DNA from: an uncultured Actinomycetota bacterium
GTDB taxonomy: Bacteria > Actinomycetota > Actinomycetes > Streptomycetales > Streptomycetaceae
Assembly (NCBI GenBank): GCA_963761325.1
Contig: CAVXGZ010000001.1
Coordinates: forward strand, 1,859,020-1,891,019
DNA: 32,000 nt
Direction: 5' to 3'
The translations under genes were made by a program, and so were the position numbers. Shown here piece after piece: positions 1-6,925 of this stretch (position 1 is the stretch's first letter; every line of letters starts with the position of its first letter). The notes under the pieces are model-generated. The model was not told the origin of the DNA. It ran no database searches and worked only from the letters and a program-made list of their open reading frames with translations.

Positions 1-1026
1 ACGCCCTGCGCCAGCACGCCCACGCCGATCAGCAGCAGCCCGCCGCCCACCGTGAACCTCGCCTGCACCCCGTGCATCAGCCGACCGCTCAGCGCGGCCA
101 CCACGAACGCCGCCGCGGCCAGCGGCACCAGCACCAGGCCGCCCTTGAGCGGGCTGAAGCCGAGCACGGTCTGCAACCAGATCGAGGTGTAGGGCAGCAC
201 GCCGAAGGCCGCCGCGTTCATCGCGAACGACGCCAGCATCACCACGTCGAACGACGCCCCGCGAAACAGCCGCGGGTCCAGCATCGGGTGCGTGGTGCGC
301 CGCTCGATCAGCAGGAACGCCGCCAGCGCCACCACCGCGAGCGCGAACATGCCCAGCGTGCGCACCGCGCCCCAGCCCACCACGTTCGCCCGGATCACCG
401 CGTACGTCGCCGACCCGGCGAACACCGTCCAGGTCAACGTGCCCCACACGTCGATCCGCTGGCCCTTCGCCCCGCGCGACTCGGTGACGAACCGCAGGGT
501 CAGCACCACGGCCGCCACGCTGACCGGCACGTTGACGAAGAAGATCCACCGCCAGTCCAGGTTCTGCGTCAGCAGCCCGCCGATGACCGGGCCGAGCGCC
601 GCCGCCGCGCCGGCGACCGAGCCCCACACGCCGAACGCGATCCCGCGCTCGCGCCCCCGGTACGCCGCGCCCAGCAGCGACAGCGTCGTGGCGAACATCG
701 CCGCCCCGCCGATGCCCTGCACGCAGCGCATCGCCACCAGCATCCCCGAGCCGGTGCTCAGCCCGCACGCCATCGAGGCGGCGGCGAACAGCACGGTCCC
801 GAACGCGTACACCTTGCGGCGGCCCAGCGTGTCGGCGGCGGAACCCGCGCCCAGCAGCAGCGCGGCCAGGGCCAGCGCGTAGATGTCGATGACCCACTGC
901 AGGTCGGACAGCGAGGCCTTCAGCGCACCGGCCATCGCGGGCAGGGCCACCGTCACGATCGTGACGTCCAGCAGCAGCATGAAGGTGCCCATGCAGACCG
1001 CTATCAGCGGCCCCCACTTGCGCATC
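1..1026 (-). CDS. MFS transporter, DHA2 (EmrB/QacA-like) family; the C-terminal part lies beyond the left window edge
   Basis: Absent from the ORF track because it runs off the edge. Reverse-complement translation from the ATG (complement of 1024-1026) reads MRKWGPLIAVCMGTFMLLLDVTIVTVALPAM..DLQWVIDIYALALAALLLGAGSAADTLGRRKVY..MRCVQGIGGAAMFATTLSLLG. This is the typical TM1-TM5 pattern of 14-TMS drug:H+ antiporters. A GAGGAA Shine-Dalgarno-like motif lies just upstream. The + strand ORF 72..1088 is an R/H/Q-rich shadow. Confidence 0.8.
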
Positions 1027-1146
1027 GCAGTTCCTCGTCTCTTTCGTTGCTTTCGGTGATCCGACGGATCACTCGTACGATGACCTGACAGGTCTGATCG
1101 CCACCAGCCGGCACGGGCAGCTCGCCGGAATCCGACATCGGGAGGG

Positions 1147-2130
1147 GTGCGACCGGTGAAATCCCTCGTCATGGACGCCCTCGACCGCCAACTGCTGCAC
1201 GCCCTGCAGATCGACGGCCGGGCACCCTTCAGCAGGATCGCCACGGTACTCGGCGTCTCCGACCAGACCGTGGCCCGCCGCTACCGCAGGCTCCGCGACC
1301 TCGGCGGCCTGCGCGTCCTCGGCGTGGCGGACCAGGAACGGCTCGGCCAGACCAGCTGGTTCGTCCGCCTCACCTGCACCCCGGACGCCGCGGAACCGCT
1401 GGCCGCCGCGCTCGCCCGGCGCGAGGACACCTCCTGGGTCGGCCTCGCCTCCGGCGGCACCGAGGTCATCTGCACCATGCGGGCCCGCGACCGCCAGGAG
1501 CGCGACACCCTGCTGCTGGACAAGCTCCAGCGCACCCCGCGCGTCGTGTCGGTCAGCGCCCACCTGCTGCTGCACAGCTTCTACGGCGGGCCGCTCGGCT
1601 GGTTCACCAAGTCCGACGCGCTCGATCCGGCCCAGTCCGCGGCGCTGGCCCCGCCGCCGGTCGAACCGGCCGGCTCCTGCGTCACCCTGGAACCGACCGA
1701 CGAGGCGCTGCTCGCCGTGCTCGGCCGCGACGGCCGCGCCACGCTCGCCGACCTGCAGGCGGCCACCCACCTGTCGGAGACCGCCGTCAAACGCCGCCTC
1801 GAAGCGCTGCGCCGCGCCGGCGTCGTCTACATCGACGTGCAGTTCGACCTCACGATCCTCGGCTTCGACCTGCACGCCCTGCTCTGGCTGACCGTCGAGC
1901 CCGCCGCGCTGTCCGCCGCCGGCACCGCGCTCGCCGGACACCGCGAGGTCGTCTTCGCCTCCGCCGTCACCGGCCGCTCCAACCTGTTCGCGGTCGCCTT
2001 CTTCCGCGAGACCGGCGACCTCTACCGCTACCTCAGCGAGCGGATCGGCGTCCTGGAGGGCGTCCAGCACGTGGAGACCGCGCCGGTGCTGCGCCAGATC
2101 AAGCAGCTCGCCCACGACTTCCCCCGCTGA
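1147..2130 (+). CDS. Lrp/AsnC family transcriptional regulator (tandem double-domain type)
   Basis: LDRQLLHALQIDGRAPFSRIATVLGVSDQTVARRYRRL is an AsnC-type HTH. A second HTH-like segment follows (DEALLAVLGRDGRATLADLQAATHLSETAVKRRLEAL), each followed by an RAM-like region. The gene is divergent from the MFS gene. Alternative starts are GTG 1156 (GGAGGGG 8 nt upstream) or ATG 1171. Confidence 0.85.
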   Translation: MRPVKSLVMDALDRQLLHALQIDGRAPFSRIATVLGVSDQTVARRYRRLRDLGGLRVLGVADQERLGQTSWFVRLTCTPDAAEPLAAALARREDTSWVGLASGGTEVICTMRARDRQERDTLLLDKLQRTPRVVSVSAHLLLHSFYGGPLGWFTKSDALDPAQSAALAPPPVEPAGSCVTLEPTDEALLAVLGRDGRATLADLQAATHLSETAVKRRLEALRRAGVVYIDVQFDLTILGFDLHALLWLTVEPAALSAAGTALAGHREVVFASAVTGRSNLFAVAFFRETGDLYRYLSERIGVLEGVQHVETAPVLRQIKQLAHDFPR

Positions 2131-2148
2131 ACGCGCCGCCCGCCGCGC

Positions 2149-3045
2149 TCACATGGCCCGGTGCAGCCGGTCGCCCGCCGCCAGGATCGCCCGGGCCAGC
2201 GCGTCCGCCGACTCCCGGGCCGCCGCCCGCACCCGCCGCCCGCGCAGCAGCACGAAGTCCACGTCGCCCAGCTCCGGCAACCCCAGGGTGCGCGGCGGCA
2301 GTTGGCGCAGCCCGGCCGGGATCAGCCCGTGCGCGTGCGGCACCACGCCGAGCCCGGCCAGCGCGGCGGCCCGTACCCCGCTCAGGCTGCCGCTGGTGCA
2401 GGCGATCCGCCACGGCAGCCCGGCGCGCTCCAGCACCTCCAGCGCGCGGGCCCTGGTGATGCTCGGCGGCGGATAGACGATCAACGGCACCGGGCGGTCC
2501 TGGCCGATCCGCAGCCGCTCGCCGGCGATCCACACCAGCCGGTCCCGCCACACCAGCCGCCCGTGCGTCTCGCCGACGTTCCGCTTGCCGAGCACCAGGT
2601 CGAGCCGCCCGTCGGCCAGTTGGCGGTGCAGGTTGCCGGACAGCTCCACCGTCAGTTCCAGATCGACCTCCGGGTGGTCGATCCGGAAGCCCTCCAGGAT
2701 CTCCGGCAGCCGGGTCTGCACGAAGTCCTCCGAGGCGCCGAACCGCAACTGCCCGCGCAGCCGCGTGCCGGTGAAGTACGCCGCCGCCCGCTCGTTCGCC
2801 TGCAGGATCGTGCCGGCGAACCCGAGCATCGCCTCACCGGCCTCGGTCAGCTCCACGCCGTGGGTGTCGCGGACGAACAACTGCCGCCCGGCCGCCGCCT
2901 CCAGCCGGCGCACGTGCTGGCTCACCGTGGACTGCCCCAGGCCCAGCCGGCGCCCGGCCTGCGTGAAGCTCAGCGTCTGGGCGACCGCCAGGAAGGTCCG
3001 CAGCTGCGTCGGATCGAACACACCGCCCAGGCTACCGCCGGCCAT
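2149..3045 (-). CDS. LysR family transcriptional regulator
   Basis: The N-terminus reads FDPTQLRTFLAVAQTLSFTQAGRRLGLGQSTVSQHVRRLEAAAGRQLFVRD, the canonical LysR HTH. At 298 aa it has typical LysR length with a substrate-binding-type C-terminal region. Confidence 0.9.
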   Translation of the reverse strand: MAGGSLGGVFDPTQLRTFLAVAQTLSFTQAGRRLGLGQSTVSQHVRRLEAAAGRQLFVRDTHGVELTEAGEAMLGFAGTILQANERAAAYFTGTRLRGQLRFGASEDFVQTRLPEILEGFRIDHPEVDLELTVELSGNLHRQLADGRLDLVLGKRNVGETHGRLVWRDRLVWIAGERLRIGQDRPVPLIVYPPPSITRARALEVLERAGLPWRIACTSGSLSGVRAAALAGLGVVPHAHGLIPAGLRQLPPRTLGLPELGDVDFVLLRGRRVRAAARESADALARAILAAGDRLHRAM

Positions 3046-3117
3046 CGTGAACCGTGATGACAGTCAGTGCGGCCAGTACGCTTCACAATCACCCTGGCCG
3101 ACGGCACGCTGAAGACC

Positions 3118-4152
3118 ATGCGCCGCATCGCCCTGCCCTCCTGGCTGCCCGTCGACCCCTACATCCTGGTGCTGGTGGCGACCGTCGGGCTGGCCGCCCT
3201 GCTGCCGGCCCGCGGGGACGCCGCGACCGGGGCGAGCGCCGCGTCGTCCGTGGCGATCGGCCTGCTGTTCTTCCTCTACGGCGCCCGGCTGTCGACCCGC
3301 GAGGCGGTCGCGGGCCTCGCCCACTGGCGGCTGCACCTCATCGTGGTGCTCAGCACCTTCGTGCTCTTCCCGCTGCTCGGCCTGGCCGCCCGCTCGCTGG
3401 TGCCGGCCGTGCTGACCCCGCAGCTCTACACCGGCCTGCTCTACCTGTGCATCCTGCCGTCCACCATCCAGTCCTCGATCGCCTTCACCTCGATCGCCCG
3501 GGGCAACGTGTCGGCCGCGATCTGCGCCGGCACCTACTCCAGCCTGATCGGGATGCTCCTCACCCCGGCGTTCGCCGCCCTGCTGCTGGGCTCGACCGGC
3601 GCCGGCTTCTCCGCCGACGGCCTGGTCGGCATCATCGGCCAGCTGTTCGCGCCGTTCCTCGCCGGCCAGCTGCTGCGGCGGTGGATCGGCCCGTTCATCA
3701 CCCGGCACAAGAAGGTGCTCGGCCTGGTGGACCGCGGCTCGATCCTGCTGGTCGTCTACACCGCGTTCAGCGAGGGCATGGTCAACGGCATCTGGCACCA
3801 GGTGACCGCCGTGCGGCTGCTCGCCCTGCTGGGCGTCGAGGCGTGCCTGCTCGGGCTGGTGCTCACCGCGACCTCGGTGGCCGCCCGCCGGCTGGGCTTC
3901 GGGCGCGACGACCGGATCGCGATCGTCTTCTGCGGCTCGAAGAAGAGCCTGGCCAACGGGCTGCCGATGGCCAGCGTGCTCTTCGGCCCGGCCGCCGGGC
4001 TGATCATCCTTCCGCTGATGCTCTTCCACCAGATGCAGCTGATGGTCTGCGCGGTGATAGCGAAACGCTGGTCCCACGACGCCGAGCGCGACTCCGGCGC
4101 CACCGGCTCCGCCACCGCACCGACGGCCGCCGCCCCGGCGGGGTCGTCCTGA
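3118..4152 (+). CDS. bile acid:sodium symporter (BASS/SBF-like) family transporter
   Basis: Polytopic membrane protein with LFFLYGARLS, LCILPSTIQSSIAFTSIARGN and FCGSKKSLANGLPMA segments typical of the YfeH/SBF-like family. The ORF opens at 3067, but ATG 3118 (MRRIALPSWLPVDPY) is the more plausible start. It is divergent from the LysR gene. Confidence 0.8.
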   Translation: MRRIALPSWLPVDPYILVLVATVGLAALLPARGDAATGASAASSVAIGLLFFLYGARLSTREAVAGLAHWRLHLIVVLSTFVLFPLLGLAARSLVPAVLTPQLYTGLLYLCILPSTIQSSIAFTSIARGNVSAAICAGTYSSLIGMLLTPAFAALLLGSTGAGFSADGLVGIIGQLFAPFLAGQLLRRWIGPFITRHKKVLGLVDRGSILLVVYTAFSEGMVNGIWHQVTAVRLLALLGVEACLLGLVLTATSVAARRLGFGRDDRIAIVFCGSKKSLANGLPMASVLFGPAAGLIILPLMLFHQMQLMVCAVIAKRWSHDAERDSGATGSATAPTAAAPAGSS

Positions 4153-4165
4153 CGGGACGCGGCGG

Positions 4166-4999
4166 TCAGTCCTGCAGCGCGACGCGGTGCTCACCGGCGT
4201 AGACGTTCATCGACGGCCCGCGCAGGAAGCCGACGAGCGTCAGACCGGTCTCGACGGCGAGGTCCACCGCGAGCGAGGACGGCGCGGAGACGGCCGCCAG
4301 CACCGGGATGCCGGCCATCACGGCCTTCTGGGCCAGCTCGAACGACGCCCGGCCGGACACCAGCAGCACGCTGCGTGACAGCGGCAGCCCGCCCTGCCGC
4401 AGGGCGCGGCCGATCAGCTTGTCCACCGCGTTGTGCCGGCCGACGTCCTCGCGGACGTCCACCAGCTCGCCCTCGGGCGTGAACAGCGCGGCGGCGTGCA
4501 GCCCGCCGGTGCGTTCGAAGACCTGCTGCGCCGCCCGCAGCCGGTCGGGCAGCGCGGCGAGCGTCGCCGTGGTCACCCGCACCGGCGGGGAGTCGTCGAT
4601 CGGCTGCCGGGCGGTGGTGCGCACCGCGTCCAGGCTGGCCTTGCCGCACAGGCCGCAGGAGGACGTCGTGTAGACGTTGCGCTCCAGGGTGATGTCCGGC
4701 ACCTCGACGCCCGGGGAGGTGGTCAGGTCGACCACGTTGTAGGTGTTGGAGCCGTCCGCGACGGCGCCCGCGCAGTAGACGATGTTCGCCACGTCGGAGG
4801 CCGAGAAGAGGACCCCCTCGCTGACCAGGAACCCGGCGGCCAGCGCGAAGTCGTCGCCCGGGGTGCGCATGGTGATCGCCAGCGGCTTGCCGTTGAGCCG
4901 GATCTCCAGCGGCTCCTCGGCGACCAGGGTGTCCGCCCGGTGCCCCGAGCCGCTCTCCCTGACCCGCAGCACCCGGCGGCGTTCGGTGACCCGTCCCAT
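4166..4999 (-). CDS. fdhD: formate dehydrogenase accessory sulfurtransferase FdhD
   Basis: Matches the FdhD family pattern as I remember it: EEPLEIRLNG..LAITMRTPGDDFALAAGFL, the SSCGLCGK cysteine motif, GGLHAAALF, and EDVGRHNAVDKLIG. The track ORF extends to 5200, but that extension is R/G-rich junk. The start was trimmed to the in-frame ATG at 4999 (MGRVTERRR). Confidence 0.9.
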   Translation of the reverse strand: MGRVTERRRVLRVRESGSGHRADTLVAEEPLEIRLNGKPLAITMRTPGDDFALAAGFLVSEGVLFSASDVANIVYCAGAVADGSNTYNVVDLTTSPGVEVPDITLERNVYTTSSCGLCGKASLDAVRTTARQPIDDSPPVRVTTATLAALPDRLRAAQQVFERTGGLHAAALFTPEGELVDVREDVGRHNAVDKLIGRALRQGGLPLSRSVLLVSGRASFELAQKAVMAGIPVLAAVSAPSSLAVDLAVETGLTLVGFLRGPSMNVYAGEHRVALQD

Positions 5000-5203
5000 G
5001 GCGATCCCGTCCCGTCCCAGCTCGTCGCCGCGCCGAAACGGCCCGACCCGCCGATGATGGCACCCCCTCGCCACCCCCGGAACCACCCCCCGTGCCCGCC
5101 CGGCCCCCGTCCGCGACCGCCCCCCCGGTACGCAGGTGAAACGCACCCCCAATCCTTGGTATCGTTTACCCGTCGCCGCGGCCCACCAGCCGCGACTCAC
5201 CCC

Positions 5204-5288
5204 GTCCGGGTGGCGGAATGGCAGACGCGCTAGCTTGAGGTGCTAGTGCCCTTTATCGGGCGTGGGGGTTCAAGTCCCCCCTCGGACA
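5204..5288 (+). tRNA. tRNA-Leu (anticodon GAG), class II with long variable arm
   Basis: Folded by hand. The acceptor stem GTCCGGG pairs with CTCGGAC (one G-U), with discriminator A. The anticodon stem-loop is CTAGC-TTGAGGT-GCTAG, giving anticodon GAG. The variable arm is GCCC-TTTATC-GGGC. The T arm is GGGGG-TTCAAGT-CCCCC. Confidence 0.9.
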
Positions 5289-5305
5289 CGCACACTACGC
5301 CTACG

Positions 5306-5344
5306 GGTGCTGGCTGAACTTCGGCCAGCACCTTTTGCGTTTCG
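5306..5344 (+). terminator. rho-independent terminator downstream of tRNA-Leu
   Basis: A perfect 9-bp stem, GGTGCTGGC (5306-5314) with GCCAGCACC (5324-5332), encloses a 9-nt loop. It is followed by the T-rich tract TTTTGCGTTTCG. Confidence 0.6.
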
Positions 5345-5818
5345 TGGTCGTAGGTGAGGGTGAGCCCGGCTACCGCTGCACCTCGGCGTGTTCCCCGGTT
5401 GTGCGGCGTAAGCCGCCCGGGGGCGATCGGTCGGCCGTCTTCCCGGCAGGTCACTGGCCCCTGTGGGCGCTGTGAGTTCGGCCGCGTGCCGCCCATCGTG
5501 TTGCTGCCGGAAGGTCTCGCTCGACCCCGCGGATGACGGTGTGGCCGCTACGCCGTACGGTAGGCGAGCGACCACCTTCCGTCGCAGTGGCCGACTGCCA
5601 GTCCCCACCGCACGATGCGGTTCACGCTCCGGCGGGACGACGGCCGGCAGGCGCACGAGCGGGCCATGCCGCCGGTCCACCAGCCGCCGGTGCGCAGAAC
5701 GCGCGTCGCGATCCCGCCGTGCGCGCCTGGCCGGGATTCGGCTCTGCCGGGCCCCGGCGGCAGTCCGCGCCCATAGGCTGTGCAGCTCATGGGCCGGGCT
5801 GATCCCCGGAGGTGGCGG

Positions 5819-6556
5819 ATGACGGGCGGCGCGAGCAGGGGGACGGTGGGCCCGCCCGACGATTCCCCGCCCGGCGGGACGGCTGCGGCGCAGACCCCGG
5901 CCAGGTTCGACGACCACGTGCCGTTCCTGGCACGCCTCGAACACCAGGAGCGGGTCGCCCTGCTGGAGTTGGGCCGCCCGATCGGATACGCGCCCAAATC
6001 CGTTCTGGTGCACCAAGACGACGCCTCCGACCACGTGATCGTCATCCTCGACGGCTGGACGAAGGTGACGCGGTCCGCAGCGACGGGCTACGAAGCGTTG
6101 CTCGCCCTGCGCGGGCCCGGCAACATCGTCGGGGAGGCCTCCGCGGTGAGCGGGCGGCCCCGGTCCGCGACGGTGACCGCGCTCGGCGAGGTGGAGGCCG
6201 TCACCATCCAGCGCGACCGCTTCGTCGCCCATCTCCAGTCGTTCCCGGCCACCGCCCTCGGGAGCGCTGAACGCTGCCTCCGGACACCGGCCCACGCCTT
6301 CGCGGTCACCCCCGTCGGGGTGCTCGCGGCGGCGTGGGGTGGTGGCGGGGCCAGGTCACAGGCTCGGCGAGAGGAGCAGGTTGATAACGACGAAGTAGGC
6401 GCCGGTGAAGGCGTACGTCTGGAGGGGATCGCCGGAGAACTGGGAGTCGGATCCCCTCCGTGGTACGGGATCACCGGCGGCGCGATCCGGCTTGATCGCT
6501 CAGGACGGCTGCGGTGCATCGGTGAGAATCCACTACCGCGGGCTTGCTGCCCGTAG
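5819..6556 (+). pseudogene. Crp/Fnr-family cyclic-nucleotide-binding regulator, apparently truncated after the cNMP-binding barrel
   Basis: Residues ~35-143 from ATG 5819 form a cNMP-binding beta-barrel: FLARLEHQERVALLELG..VLVHQDDASDHVIVILDGWTKV..LALRGPGNIVGEASAVSGRPRSATVTALGEVEAVTIQRDRF. After about nt 6250 the frame loses coding character. In 6359-6448 only 17 of 30 codons end in G/C, and no convincing HTH follows. The ORF stays open to 6556 only by chance. Confidence 0.5.
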
Positions 6557-6606
6557 CAGAATTGACTCCTGAGGGATACGCAGTGTGACGCATTCGGGGG
6601 GATGTT

Positions 6607-6918
6607 GTGGCGGATCTGAAAACTGAGGGTGCGTCGTTGAATGCGGCGTCGTCGAAGATGTCGCATGCGTCGGATCCGTTGACGGGGCCGTTGCGGGAGT
6701 TCACGGCGGCGTCGCATGACCTGTCGGCGTTCGGGGTGTTGGGGTCGTTGCTGAAGGCGACGGGTGAGATCCGGGACGGGATGGAGAAGCTGTCCGGGAT
6801 CGTGGGTTCGCTGGGTGCGGAGTACGACGCGGAGGCCACCGGGCTGGGCGATGTGGCGAAGGTCTTCGACGAGATCGACACCGCGTTGGCCAAGGCCGCT
6901 TCCACGCGGCGGGGGTGA
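6607..6918 (+). CDS. small (103 aa) alpha-helical protein encoded directly upstream of the Rhs toxin; candidate WXG100-size secretion partner or chaperone
   Basis: GTG start with GGGGGGA 5 nt upstream. The stop lies 7 nt before the Rhs start. There is no signal peptide and no Cys or Trp. Two predicted helical halves are separated by SAFGVLG. Its size class and position match small helical partners of T7SS toxins. No family was recognised. Confidence 0.6.
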   Translation: MADLKTEGASLNAASSKMSHASDPLTGPLREFTAASHDLSAFGVLGSLLKATGEIRDGMEKLSGIVGSLGAEYDAEATGLGDVAKVFDEIDTALAKAASTRRG

Positions 6919-6925
6919 GCGGGTC

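Noticed and set aside
72-1088. A 338-aa + strand ORF at the left edge
   Set aside because: H/R/Q-rich nonsense. The opposite strand encodes a clean MFS transporter N-terminus.
3058-3066. The palindrome TGACAGTCA in the LysR/BASS divergent region, as a possible LysR T-N11-A box
   Set aside because: It is only 9 nt, its geometry differs from the classical ATC-N9-GAT type site, and there is no second half-site. That is too little to call.
5000-5200. An N-terminal 67-aa extension of the FdhD ORF reaching almost to the tRNA
   Set aside because: The extension (MSRGWWAAATGKRYQGLGVRF..) has no FdhD counterpart and is R/G-rich. The in-frame ATG at 4999 gives a normal 277-aa FdhD.
5230-5496. An 88-aa minus-strand ORF overlapping tRNA-Leu and its terminator
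   Set aside because: It overlaps a well-folded tRNA and a terminator hairpin, and has no coding bias or recognisable product.
5289-5800. A search for an integrase fragment or an att-type repeat of the tRNA 3' end next to tRNA-Leu
   Set aside because: I translated all frames by eye and found nothing integrase- or transposase-like. I saw no copy of the TTCAAGTCCCCCCTCGGACA segment elsewhere in the window. Absence by eye is not proof, so a computational repeat search is needed.
6400-6556. An apparent HTH-like string (IAGELGVGSPPWYGITGGAIRLDRSGRL) that could complete the Crp-like protein
   Set aside because: Codon third-position GC in that frame is only about 57-65 percent by hand count, while the opposite strand scores 83-93 percent. 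The resemblance is probably coincidental.
6562-6567. A TTGACT hexamer upstream of the toxin operon, as a possible -35 element
   Set aside because: No acceptable -10 (TAnnnT) lies at a 16-18 nt spacing; the candidates are GTGACG or TGACGC. The promoter was therefore not called.
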